64,000 bases of DNA from Candidatus Heimdallarchaeota archaeon. GTDB lineage: Archaea; Asgardarchaeota; Heimdallarchaeia; JABLTI01. The translations under genes were made by a program, and so were the position numbers. This document shows positions 18,372-27,623 of this stretch, one piece after another. Every line of letters starts with the position of its first letter. Position 1 is the stretch's first letter. The stretch spans positions 1-64,000 of the forward strand of contig JABCTZ010000009.1 in the NCBI GenBank assembly GCA_018238155.1, written 5' to 3'. The notes below the pieces were generated by a model. That model saw only the letters and a program-made list of their open reading frames with translations, was not told the origin of the DNA and did not search any database.

Positions 18372-21300
18372 TTGGACTCTCAAATAATTATTTCACGCGA
18401 AGATAACACCGATTTTCTTTCCTTAGGCTATATACAAACCGATACCTCATTAGTATCTGCTCTTGGTGGAGCTTTAGCTAGTTTTGCAGAAGAAATAGGT
18501 CTCAGCGGGGATAAATCTTCACCTGAGTATAAAAGAAACACTAGTATTAATTTATCCCGGTTTCCAAATGGTATAATTGCTTCAAAGATAGTTGTTGTTG
18601 GTGAGCAAAGCCCTGTTATTTTGGTTGCTATTCGAGGTTATTCGGGTCCAGATAAAGATTTGGATTTCATAGTTAGTTTTGCTGAAGTTTTAGCTAAAGA
18701 AATCGTTACTAAATTTGAGCCAGAATATACAAGTATTGGACTTGTTCCAAGAGTAGAGGAAGGAATAGACCAGATAATTTCTGCAGCACATTTCATGTAT
18801 AAGAAATCGAGTGATAAAGTACGCTATTTCACAAAAGCATTCAAACCAAAAATTGTTGCTTTATTTGAAGATATTTGGAAAAATCAAACTGATTTCGAAA
18901 TATGGTTTCACTCCAATGATTCAAAAAAATTATCTTCTATGTCCCAAAGTGAAATGCTACAAGAGCTTGCAAAATATATTTACATTCGAGGTGTAAAGGA
19001 TGATGCTCTTTTTCCACTCTATTTTGCATCACACTCAAACCCTATGAATGAAGTTAAAAAACTAATTGGAGCTTTCTTGAACAAAAAAGCATCTGTTTCT
19101 AGGAATGAAATAACAGGAGAAATTGGTAAAGTTTTCACTCAGCTAATGGAAGCTTCTCGAGCTTTGTCAGCAAGAGGCTCTATTGAAATATCTGATGTTG
19201 ATTTAATTGATGAAGGAACAATCTTTGAGAAAATTTTGGTCGCTAAAATTGATAAATTGCCCAAGGTTGTCTCAGAAATTATTCAAGTAACAAACAAAGA
19301 ACTTTATCGGAAACTGTTCAGTAAATATCCGCTAAAATTCGTTTCTATGTCAAAAGCGAATGTTTTTGCTAAGAGTGAATTGGATCGAATTGTTGAGACA
19401 ACATTAGCAAAAATATTGAAAGATGTTCTAGTGGATAAAAATTGGATTCTAGAAAAAATTCTCTTGATAATTAGACAAGTAACTTCTAAATATTCTCCAA
19501 ATGATGTTATGGAAAATGAATCATTGATCTTTGAGAAAGTCTATGAGGATTTTATTAATTCAGTCATGAAAGAACATCCTTTCATACTTCTAGCCGACCC
19601 AACTTTTGCATCTTTGGGTCCCATTGTAAGGAAACTATCCAAAGAAGCTCTTGAAAAATTCAGAACTTCCTTGGATGAAGCGGTTATTTTATACAATGTA
19701 ATCGGTCAAACTTATTCAACATTGACAAACGAAAATAATCCTTCAACGCAAGATTTAATGATTCTTTATTTTTTGCAGAATGTCATACAACCCTATCAAC
19801 TACGTGATGTTCCAGACATGGTTTATACTCTCATTGCTGATTGTTTGGAAAAAACTGTTCAAGGTAAGAGACGCAAACCAGAAGTTATTTTGGAAAATAG
19901 TATGCGTGAATTTGAAAAAAAGTTACAATTCAATATTGTACCAGATACTAAGAAAACAGTGCTGGGAAGAATTTCTCGTGCTAAACCGACCTTACAACGA
20001 TTTGAAACGTTTGAAAATCTTGGTTTCTTCTCTCAATCATTTCGCTCATCTCTTGAAACTACTATCTCAAGAATATTACAGACAATATTTGGTCCAGAAA
20101 AATTACCTTATCCACCGAACGAATTACTTAGAATGATAGAAAAGCTTTCTTCAGAACTTCAAAGCTTTTTCATTTTAAAAGAGTTTATAGATAGAATTAC
20201 TAGAAGACCTGGTGGTCGTGAATTATTCTCTAGTGACGGAATAAAAATCCTTGATAAAAACACTAAAATAAAGTCAATTCTTCCAACTGCAATTGAATTA
20301 GCTCAAGAAGCTTATAATTCTGGTTGGTTGAAACCCATTGATCAAAAGAAATTGACTAATATAAGTGAAGTTCAATTAAAATCGCTCAAAGTTAAAATCC
20401 CTTCCTTGGAACTTGAAGGCAGAGTTGACACAATTTTGGAGTATCCAAAGGTTGTGGAACATCTTTGGGTTAAATTTGCGGTAAAAATTATTGAAAGACG
20501 GCAAAAGGATTTGAAAAACGCTATCTCTATATTTGATAAACAATCAAAAATTTCTGCTGGAGATACAAGTGGAAAGAAAAAATTCGGCATTACATTGAAG
20601 AAATTGAAAACGTTACATAAATCTCTTACAAGCTTGGTTGCGGGTGGAGGCATTATGAGAAAGTTTTTCACAGGGAGCAAAGAACTAAATCTGCTCTCTC
20701 ATGAAGTTGTTAATGAACTATCTCCTACCTTGAAATTCCACCCAATCGAATTCGAAAAAGAATTAATTCATTTACTTGCAACAAAAATTAAAGACAGTTT
20801 TAGGTCAGTGGTAGGCGACTTTCAAGACCTAATGAAAATTTACACTTCAATTTGGTTTGTCGATTCTCAATATATTGAGGATCTTGAATCGAAATTTTTC
20901 TGGGAAGGTGTAGGAAAGAAGGATATTTCTTCAAATGATAATAATTCTTTAGAAGGGAAAATAAATGAGAATTTGAAAGCTGCATACAAGAAGAAACGTA
21001 TAAATGGTGCACAAAAATCAATTATCAGAAGAACAATCGTTGAAGAAGCAATACCAATTTTCTATCAAAGTGTTCGAACAGCTTTAAGTATACCCTTTAG
21101 TGTTTTTACGACAGGAAATATTGTCAATTTCGATAGCCAAAGAAAACAATGGTACATTTCTCTTGGTAAGATTAAACTTCCTGCGATGCATCTGAAGTTA
21201 CTTCTTGGGACAATTGATTCATTATATTATGTAAAAGAGGTAGATGATACAACAGATGTTCGTGTATCTCTACAATATTTCGATACACCCAAAAGATCAA

Positions 21301-21485
21301 AAGACTCACAATCAATTGAACTCTTCCTTAGAAGAGCATTAGTTAACAATTTAAACAAAAAAGAGTTCAAAGCACTCGAATTCTTTGGCGATTTGAATGA
21401 AAGATATATTGGAAAATCTGCAACGAATACTTTTTACTCAAGCTTTAGATCCCTTGCTCAAATAATTATCACACCAATAGAATAA
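18372..21485 (+). CDS. Large protein with N-terminal longin-like domain and helical body (paralogue 2)
   Basis: QIIISRE..DFLSLG..TDTSLVSALGGALASFAEEIG; many blocks shared with paralogue 1 (FPLYFA, IFEKI.VAK, PLKF, YFLQN, SILP...AY..GW.K). Confidence 0.75.
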   Translation: MDSQIIISREDNTDFLSLGYIQTDTSLVSALGGALASFAEEIGLSGDKSSPEYKRNTSINLSRFPNGIIASKIVVVGEQSPVILVAIRGYSGPDKDLDFIVSFAEVLAKEIVTKFEPEYTSIGLVPRVEEGIDQIISAAHFMYKKSSDKVRYFTKAFKPKIVALFEDIWKNQTDFEIWFHSNDSKKLSSMSQSEMLQELAKYIYIRGVKDDALFPLYFASHSNPMNEVKKLIGAFLNKKASVSRNEITGEIGKVFTQLMEASRALSARGSIEISDVDLIDEGTIFEKILVAKIDKLPKVVSEIIQVTNKELYRKLFSKYPLKFVSMSKANVFAKSELDRIVETTLAKILKDVLVDKNWILEKILLIIRQVTSKYSPNDVMENESLIFEKVYEDFINSVMKEHPFILLADPTFASLGPIVRKLSKEALEKFRTSLDEAVILYNVIGQTYSTLTNENNPSTQDLMILYFLQNVIQPYQLRDVPDMVYTLIADCLEKTVQGKRRKPEVILENSMREFEKKLQFNIVPDTKKTVLGRISRAKPTLQRFETFENLGFFSQSFRSSLETTISRILQTIFGPEKLPYPPNELLRMIEKLSSELQSFFILKEFIDRITRRPGGRELFSSDGIKILDKNTKIKSILPTAIELAQEAYNSGWLKPIDQKKLTNISEVQLKSLKVKIPSLELEGRVDTILEYPKVVEHLWVKFAVKIIERRQKDLKNAISIFDKQSKISAGDTSGKKKFGITLKKLKTLHKSLTSLVAGGGIMRKFFTGSKELNLLSHEVVNELSPTLKFHPIEFEKELIHLLATKIKDSFRSVVGDFQDLMKIYTSIWFVDSQYIEDLESKFFWEGVGKKDISSNDNNSLEGKINENLKAAYKKKRINGAQKSIIRRTIVEEAIPIFYQSVRTALSIPFSVFTTGNIVNFDSQRKQWYISLGKIKLPAMHLKLLLGTIDSLYYVKEVDDTTDVRVSLQYFDTPKRSKDSQSIELFLRRALVNNLNKKEFKALEFFGDLNERYIGKSATNTFYSSFRSLAQIIITPIE

Positions 21486-21520
21486 GCTGCCAAAAAATGG
21501 CTAAGAAAGTTAAATAATAC

Positions 21521-22888
21521 TTAACTTTCTCGGATTTCTTTCCACATGTTTATTGCGTGTGCACCCCAAGCAGCTCGTTTGGGTGTTGGAAAAGTAGGGA
21601 TATCATTATCTCGAAGGATTTTAACAGCTTTCTCTACTTTCTTTCCAGCTAATAGGCAACCAATAATTGCTGTATTATGATTTTCATTAGCAATTGAAAC
21701 CATAACATTAGCAACGCCATTAATATCAGCATCGCCTGGGGGGACCATAACTGTTATTATGGTATCAAATTCTCCAGAAGAGGCTAATGCTCTTAAAGCT
21801 AATTCATACCGTTCTGGTGTTGCATCACCAAGCAAATCAAAAGGGTTCTCTCTTGGACATGCTGCTGGAAGGTCTTTAAGTTGTTCTCGTAACACATCTG
21901 AAGGTTGATTCAGTTCTAATCCAAGCATATCTAGATTATCTGAGATTAAAACGCCAGGACCACCTGAATTAGTGACAATAGCAGTTCTCTTACCTCCTCG
22001 ATCTAAATAGGGAGCTAAAGCAGAATAAGTATCAAATGCTTCATCTAAAGATTCAACCCAAATAGCTTTTGTCTGTTTTGCTATAGATTTGTATATCTTA
22101 GGGTCTCCACCTAATGAGGCTGTGTGGGTCATTGCAGCTTTGTTGCCAATTGCTGTTCTTCCTCCCTTTAGGAAAATAACCGGCTTAAGATTAGTAGCTT
22201 TACTCATTTCAGAAATTAATTTTCGTCCATGGGTAGCGCCTTCAAGATAGAGAAAAATTACTTTTGTTGGAGAATCTTTTTCTTCAGCAAGATATTTCAG
22301 TAACTCAGATTCTTCTACATCAGAAGCATTTCCAAAAGAAATCCATTTATCTATTCCTAATCCTTCGTAAGTAGCACGTAACATCATAGAACCGGCAAGT
22401 GCACCACTTTGAGAAATAATTGACAACCCACCTGGAATATAGGTATTTTCCATCGCAGCAACCATTTTTGTGTGAGTGGAAACAATACCTGCACAATTTG
22501 GTCCAATTATTCTGATATCATGCTCTTTTGCAACTCGAATGAGTTCATTTTCCAAATCAACATTACCAACTTCTGAAAAACCACCACTAAGTACAATAAC
22601 GTGATGGATATTTCTTTTTGCACACTTTTCTAATTCAGCAGGAACGAATTTTGCCGGAATAGCTATTATAGCTAATTCTGGATCACCAGGTAATGCTTCA
22701 AGATTAGGGTAACATTTTTGATCGAAAATTGATTCTCTCTTTAGATTGGTGAAATAAAGGTCACCTTCAAATTTCCCCTCAAGTAGGTGTTTCGATAACA
22801 TTCCCCCAATAGAACCGGGGCGTTCTGAAGCACCAACTAAAACAAGACTTTTAGGATTAAAGAAAGGTCTTAAATCGGTTGTTGGCAT
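21521..22888 (-). CDS. acdA: Acetate/acyl-CoA ligase (ADP-forming) alpha subunit
   Basis: FFNPKSLVLVGAS, IIGPNC, SQSGAL, SFGN, THTASLGG (phospho-His), TNSGGPG, NPFDLLGDA. Confidence 0.9.
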   Translation of the reverse strand: MPTTDLRPFFNPKSLVLVGASERPGSIGGMLSKHLLEGKFEGDLYFTNLKRESIFDQKCYPNLEALPGDPELAIIAIPAKFVPAELEKCAKRNIHHVIVLSGGFSEVGNVDLENELIRVAKEHDIRIIGPNCAGIVSTHTKMVAAMENTYIPGGLSIISQSGALAGSMMLRATYEGLGIDKWISFGNASDVEESELLKYLAEEKDSPTKVIFLYLEGATHGRKLISEMSKATNLKPVIFLKGGRTAIGNKAAMTHTASLGGDPKIYKSIAKQTKAIWVESLDEAFDTYSALAPYLDRGGKRTAIVTNSGGPGVLISDNLDMLGLELNQPSDVLREQLKDLPAACPRENPFDLLGDATPERYELALRALASSGEFDTIITVMVPPGDADINGVANVMVSIANENHNTAIIGCLLAGKKVEKAVKILRDNDIPTFPTPKRAAWGAHAINMWKEIRES

Positions 22889-22986
22889 GATTTACAATCT
22901 CCAAATGTCATTGGACTAAATTCACTTCAAAGAAGCTCTTTATAATATTTTTTATAGAAAAAAATTGAATGATAAGAATTGCTTGC

Positions 22987-24069
22987 TTAAAGCAACTCTT
23001 GAAAATGTTTTGAAAAAGCTTCAATCAAATCACAGGTTCGGGTAATATCTTTCAATGAAAGTATGCTGATTGGGCTGTGAATGTATCGACAAGGAACTGA
23101 AACAACACCTGCGGGTATACCTGCACGAACAATGTGTATTCTGCCGGCATCTGTGCCACCATAGATTGGTTTTTTGTATTGCCAAGGAATGTTGTTTTTA
23201 TTTGCTAGCTCTTTTAATTTGTCAAGTATTTTGCTATTGACAATTATTGATCTATCTGCAACAGTAATTGCTGGACCACAATTAAGTTTGCAAGGGCAGT
23301 CTTGTTCTGCAACATCTGGAGTATCTGCTGCAGTGGTATTTTCAAGAGCAATTGCTATATCAGGTTCAATAGAATATGCTGCTGTGGTTGCTCCTCGACC
23401 ACCAACTTCTTCTGCAGATGAAAAGCTAAAAATAACTGTCCCTTCTGGTCTGTTTTTGCTCAATCTTCGGAGAGTTTCAATTAAGACAACGCAACCTGTT
23501 CGATCGTCAAAAGCTTTTCCTAATACGCGATCACCTACTAACTCTTTGAATTCTCCTACAAGTGTTCCTGTGGTTCCAACATCAATACCTAATTTTCGAA
23601 CTTCTTCTTCAGAAAAAGCACCAACATCTACAGCTAAATTATCTGCACTAAGAACTTCTTTTCTAGCTTCAAGAGACATCAAGTGTGGAGGTTTGATGCC
23701 TATTACACCGTACACTGGTGGGAGTGCTTTATCCTCTGGAATAAAGATAACCGTTTGGCTAGGAAAGATAAGGTCAACAAATCCACCAATTTTGGCAAAA
23801 TAAATAAATCCTTCTGGAGAGATATGTCTAACCATTAGACCAATTTCATCTGTATGTGCATCTAACATTAATACTGGACCATTTTTTTTGGTGCCGTTCA
23901 ATGTAACAATTAAATTTCCTAAATTATCTATTCGTGTTTCATCTGCTAAAGATTCAACTTTTTGTTTGATAGCTTCAACAACTCGCTCCTCTCGAGAGGA
24001 AACACCAACTATTTGTGATAATTCTTTCAAGTCTTCTAATATTTGCTTGCTCAAAGAAATAAACCTCAA
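22987..24069 (-). CDS. M42-family (TET-type) aminopeptidase
   Basis: AHTDEIG, KAFDDRTG, EEVGGRGA, GGTDAG and RYIHSP motifs. Confidence 0.93.
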   Translation of the reverse strand: MRFISLSKQILEDLKELSQIVGVSSREERVVEAIKQKVESLADETRIDNLGNLIVTLNGTKKNGPVLMLDAHTDEIGLMVRHISPEGFIYFAKIGGFVDLIFPSQTVIFIPEDKALPPVYGVIGIKPPHLMSLEARKEVLSADNLAVDVGAFSEEEVRKLGIDVGTTGTLVGEFKELVGDRVLGKAFDDRTGCVVLIETLRRLSKNRPEGTVIFSFSSAEEVGGRGATTAAYSIEPDIAIALENTTAADTPDVAEQDCPCKLNCGPAITVADRSIIVNSKILDKLKELANKNNIPWQYKKPIYGGTDAGRIHIVRAGIPAGVVSVPCRYIHSPISILSLKDITRTCDLIEAFSKHFQELL

Positions 24070-24199
24070 TAATTAAATTATATACTAAATTCCTTAGACT
24101 ATAATAACTTTTCAGAAACTTAAATCATTAATAATAAATAAATAAATAAATTTGCTCCTGAATTTTTTAGTAAAAATTTCTTTAATAAAAAAGAGTGAA

Positions 24200-24219
24200 T
24201 GAAGGACAAATATCCTTCA
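24200..24219 (-). terminator. Hairpin downstream of the 24228-25196 gene
   Basis: TGAAGGA-caaata-TCCTTCA with a U-tract following on the minus strand. Confidence 0.45.
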
Positions 24220-24227
24220 AATTTTTT

Positions 24228-25196
24228 TTATGCTTTTCTTCTTTTAATGACTAGTGCTAGGACACTTACTGTAAATAATCCGGCAAATATTGGTAGGAGA
24301 TAAAGTGGTGCGGTGAATGCTTCTTCATTGATTCCAACTGTAGGATCATGAATCATTTTCAAGTCATTGCCGTAATTTGGATAAGTTAACCAGAGATGTC
24401 CTAATCCTTCGGCAAATCCTGGAACATCAGTTGGGGTAGCAACTAAATCATCAAAATAAGCTGTTCCAACATCAATAGTATCAATCAAATGTTCAGTTGA
24501 ATTATAGATATCTGCAGTAGTTACCCATTCATAATAAGCTGTTGGAATATCGGAATCTTCGTTAACAAATTGCATAGTTCTAGTAGTGTTTCCATTTTCA
24601 GTTACTGTGCCATTTCTAACTCGGACTCTATTTCTGTGTTGTACTTCAGTTATGTATGAATGAATTGCAAATCCTTTTGCCATTGGAGAGAATGCCCAAT
24701 CTTCAACTATGATATCGAATTTTAATTCGGTTAATCCATTTATTACTTGATCACTGCCTTCAATTGGTTCATCTTCTTCGTAAACATGCATTATAAGATA
24801 GATACTTGCACCATTTCCCAACCCAAGTAAACTTAGAGTAATGGTTATTTCTCCATCACCTTCAACTATATCATAGCTCCAATCTTCAGTAATGAGATTG
24901 TATGACAATCCTCCAAGTTCTGTTCTTGAATCAAGGATATCATTGTCGCCCATATATTCTCGAATTCTTAATAGTTGTAGCTTATACATTTCACTGGCAT
25001 CAGATTTATTTCCATAATACCACATAACTTGAGCACTATCAGGAATCAATTTGATAGTCATTTTTCCAGTCGTTATCGTTACTATTCCATTAGTATTTTG
25101 GTGACCTATTGAAGTATCTGCAGCAACCATTTGACTTCCAATTGGTAGCAAGAATATTCCAATGAGGGCAATTCCAATAAAGATTTTTTTGTTCAT
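24228..25196 (-). CDS. Secreted beta-rich surface protein with C-terminal TM anchor
   Basis: Signal peptide; LKFDIIVEDWAF and MIHDPTVG motifs; TM helix plus KRRKA tail; GGAGG RBS. Confidence 0.75.
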   Translation of the reverse strand: MNKKIFIGIALIGIFLLPIGSQMVAADTSIGHQNTNGIVTITTGKMTIKLIPDSAQVMWYYGNKSDASEMYKLQLLRIREYMGDNDILDSRTELGGLSYNLITEDWSYDIVEGDGEITITLSLLGLGNGASIYLIMHVYEEDEPIEGSDQVINGLTELKFDIIVEDWAFSPMAKGFAIHSYITEVQHRNRVRVRNGTVTENGNTTRTMQFVNEDSDIPTAYYEWVTTADIYNSTEHLIDTIDVGTAYFDDLVATPTDVPGFAEGLGHLWLTYPNYGNDLKMIHDPTVGINEEAFTAPLYLLPIFAGLFTVSVLALVIKRRKA

Positions 25197-25245
25197 TTTT
25201 TTTCCTCCGTAATTAACGAAAATCTGAGTCTATTCCTTCTTGATA

Positions 25246-25272
25246 GATGGTTGGTTTAATTATTCAACCATC
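25246..25272. promoter_or_regulatory. Inverted repeat, possible operator in the divergent intergenic region
   Basis: GATGGTTG-N11-CAACCATC with perfect 8-bp arms. Confidence 0.4.
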
Positions 25273-25483
25273 ATACACTGTTGGAACCACTCACTGTTTT
25301 CTAAGAATAGTATAGAATCAAGTTGCCTTTTAACAATCTCAGAGAATGGTTGAGTGAATGTTAAACGAAGGTTTTGAAACCAAAATGAAACCATTAGAAG
25401 TGCAGTTTTCATTTGTAAGAGTTATACATGTATTTATTTTAGCAATATTTGTATACTAATTTAGTAGTTATTCGTTGTTTTAG

Positions 25484-26503
25484 GTGATTCATATGCGATT
25501 AAACAGCTATAAATCCAAAACAGTTATGATTTTACTCTTGTTTTTAACCTCAATATTATTTGTTTTTGAAAACACAACAAATAGCCAATGTGCAGCTACA
25601 AAAGATGTGAGAACTTACGCGCTTTTGGTTGATCAATTTGCACCAAATTCAAATAACCCAGGAGAATATTTCTGCAATGCAATTGAATTACGAGATAGTT
25701 TAATGGCTATTGGTTGGCAAGAATCAAGTTTTGAATATTTGTTTGGCAATAATGAAATTACTACTGCAAATGTGAAATCCAAAATGGCTTTTTTAGAACA
25801 AAATGCAGATGAGAATGATGTTGTGCTGATTTTTTTTGCAACACATGGGCATGGTTGTTTAAGGGATATGCTACATTTCAATAACTGGTTTCATAGTGAA
25901 TTCATAGAAATCCCTACAGATTACAAATATCTATTAATAGATGCTTGCCATGCAGGAGAATTCATAGAACCATTGATTGCTTACGAAAATAGTGATAGTT
26001 TTTATGCAATGGGAAGCGTTGCTTCAATTGAATATGGGATAGCTTTCGTGCCTGATGATGGTGGGGATGAATGGGTATATTCAGAAGAAGAATTTTTTGG
26101 TATCATTTCAGCTCATTTTTGGTCGAATGCATTAACAAACTCCTCAGCAGATACTAATCTTGATACCTTTGTTGATATGGGGGAAATGTATGATTTCTCT
26201 TTACCAATAATTAAGAAAATCTATAGTGAAGTATTCGTTGAAGAGCCTGAGCTAGCAGAATGGATTGAGAATAACATCGGTTATATTGATGACTATCCTC
26301 GTCCAGTTGTAATTAATAGTTTGTCAGAAGATATTTCCATATATACTGATTATCTTAATACTAACATTGATACCTTACCTTTACTAACAGTACCACAAAA
26401 ATATGGCTTAATTTTTGGTTCTATAGGTGCTGCAGTTATCATAAGCGTAATCGTAATCTTTCTAGTTTTGAGACAAAGAAGAAAGATTCCAGTTCATGTT
26501 TGA
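25484..26503 (+). CDS. Secreted, membrane-anchored caspase-fold (clan CD, C14/C13-like) cysteine peptidase
   Basis: Signal peptide; LIFFATHG (His) and LIDACHAG (Cys) dyad; ADTNLDTFVD Ca-loop-like motif; C-terminal TM helix plus RQRRK. Confidence 0.85.
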   Translation: MIHMRLNSYKSKTVMILLLFLTSILFVFENTTNSQCAATKDVRTYALLVDQFAPNSNNPGEYFCNAIELRDSLMAIGWQESSFEYLFGNNEITTANVKSKMAFLEQNADENDVVLIFFATHGHGCLRDMLHFNNWFHSEFIEIPTDYKYLLIDACHAGEFIEPLIAYENSDSFYAMGSVASIEYGIAFVPDDGGDEWVYSEEEFFGIISAHFWSNALTNSSADTNLDTFVDMGEMYDFSLPIIKKIYSEVFVEEPELAEWIENNIGYIDDYPRPVVINSLSEDISIYTDYLNTNIDTLPLLTVPQKYGLIFGSIGAAVIISVIVIFLVLRQRRKIPVHV

Positions 26504-26530
26504 AAAATTAGAAAAACAAATTGAAGAAAA

Positions 26531-27499
26531 CTACTCCGTGAAAGGAGTGGTTATTTCTTCTTCTACTATTTTTTCTTCTTCTTGAACAGCTGCTTTCGTA
26601 GGTCTTTTATGAAAGTATGAAAGTATCATTACGCCAGAAAGAACGAGTATTATTGCTACAATCTTTAGAGATAAATTCCATGGAGCAAGATCGTTCCACT
26701 CAGAGAAAATAATTATCCCGCCAAAGACAGGGACGATCAGAGCCATAACAGCAAAAATAGGGGCAACTAAAACAACCTTACCTTTTTGATAAGCAATTTG
26801 AGGGAAGACTTCCGAAAGAAGATTATAGACAACCATAATAAGGAAAAAGAGCCACCAAATCCCCTGTTTGAAAGCAAAAATAATCGTAGATGAGAAATTG
26901 GAAAAATCAATAGCACTCATGTAAGCCTTTGTGAATATTGCTCCAAGACCAGAAAGAATTCCTGCACCTAAACCAAATATCACGCTAGCAAATTGGAACT
27001 TTCGTGCAACCGAGAAAATAACTAGAGCAAAAACTAAGGCAGTGAAAACACAAAGAAAAACAATTGACTTTGGTTGAAGAAAGAACAGATTGATTTCAGA
27101 GATCGAATAAATAGTCTCACTGGTAGAATTAGTAACTCCTAGTATAACAATGCCTATAACAATGGTGATGATTCCAATTATTTCACAAATAGCTATTTTT
27201 TCTTTCAGATAAAGAAAGGAAAAGACTAAGAGAACAATCAATCCAACACCTTGCATTGGTGAGACAATTGATAGTGGTCCTTGATTCATCGCAATCGCTA
27301 GAAAAACAAAGGAAACATTGGTGCAAATTATACCTATTAGCCAGAATTTATTGGTAAAGAAATTTTTCAGGTTGTGCCAAAAAGAAGTTTTTTCAATGTT
27401 TGGAAGTAAAGATGCTCCTTTCTTCTGTAACACTAATCCAATATTCACTAAGGAGTAACTTATTATTCCAAATGATATCGCTAAAACAGTACTTGCCAT
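26531..27499 (-). CDS. DMT-superfamily transporter, NIPA (Mg2+)-like
   Basis: About 9 TM helices; NIGLVLQKKG, PLSIVSP, LYLKEKI and GGIIIFSEW motifs. Confidence 0.8.
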   Translation of the reverse strand: MASTVLAISFGIISYSLVNIGLVLQKKGASLLPNIEKTSFWHNLKNFFTNKFWLIGIICTNVSFVFLAIAMNQGPLSIVSPMQGVGLIVLLVFSFLYLKEKIAICEIIGIITIVIGIVILGVTNSTSETIYSISEINLFFLQPKSIVFLCVFTALVFALVIFSVARKFQFASVIFGLGAGILSGLGAIFTKAYMSAIDFSNFSSTIIFAFKQGIWWLFFLIMVVYNLLSEVFPQIAYQKGKVVLVAPIFAVMALIVPVFGGIIIFSEWNDLAPWNLSLKIVAIILVLSGVMILSYFHKRPTKAAVQEEEKIVEEEITTPFTE

Positions 27500-27623
27500 A
27501 CTTAATCACTCAATGAGTAAACAATATTCTCTGAAGTAAGCAGTATATTATAATGTTACTATTTAATAAAAGTAAAAAAAAAAATAGAAAAAGAGAAATT
27601 GAATTCATTAAAAAAATAATGAA

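Noticed and set aside
23174-23803. 209-aa plus-strand ORF and other antisense/overlapping ORFs in the track (e.g. 986-1312, 6023-6298, 30821-31177, 53846-54253, 61488-61850, 62828-63151)
   Set aside because: They are shadows of well-supported genes on the opposite strand or in another frame, with no motifs of their own.
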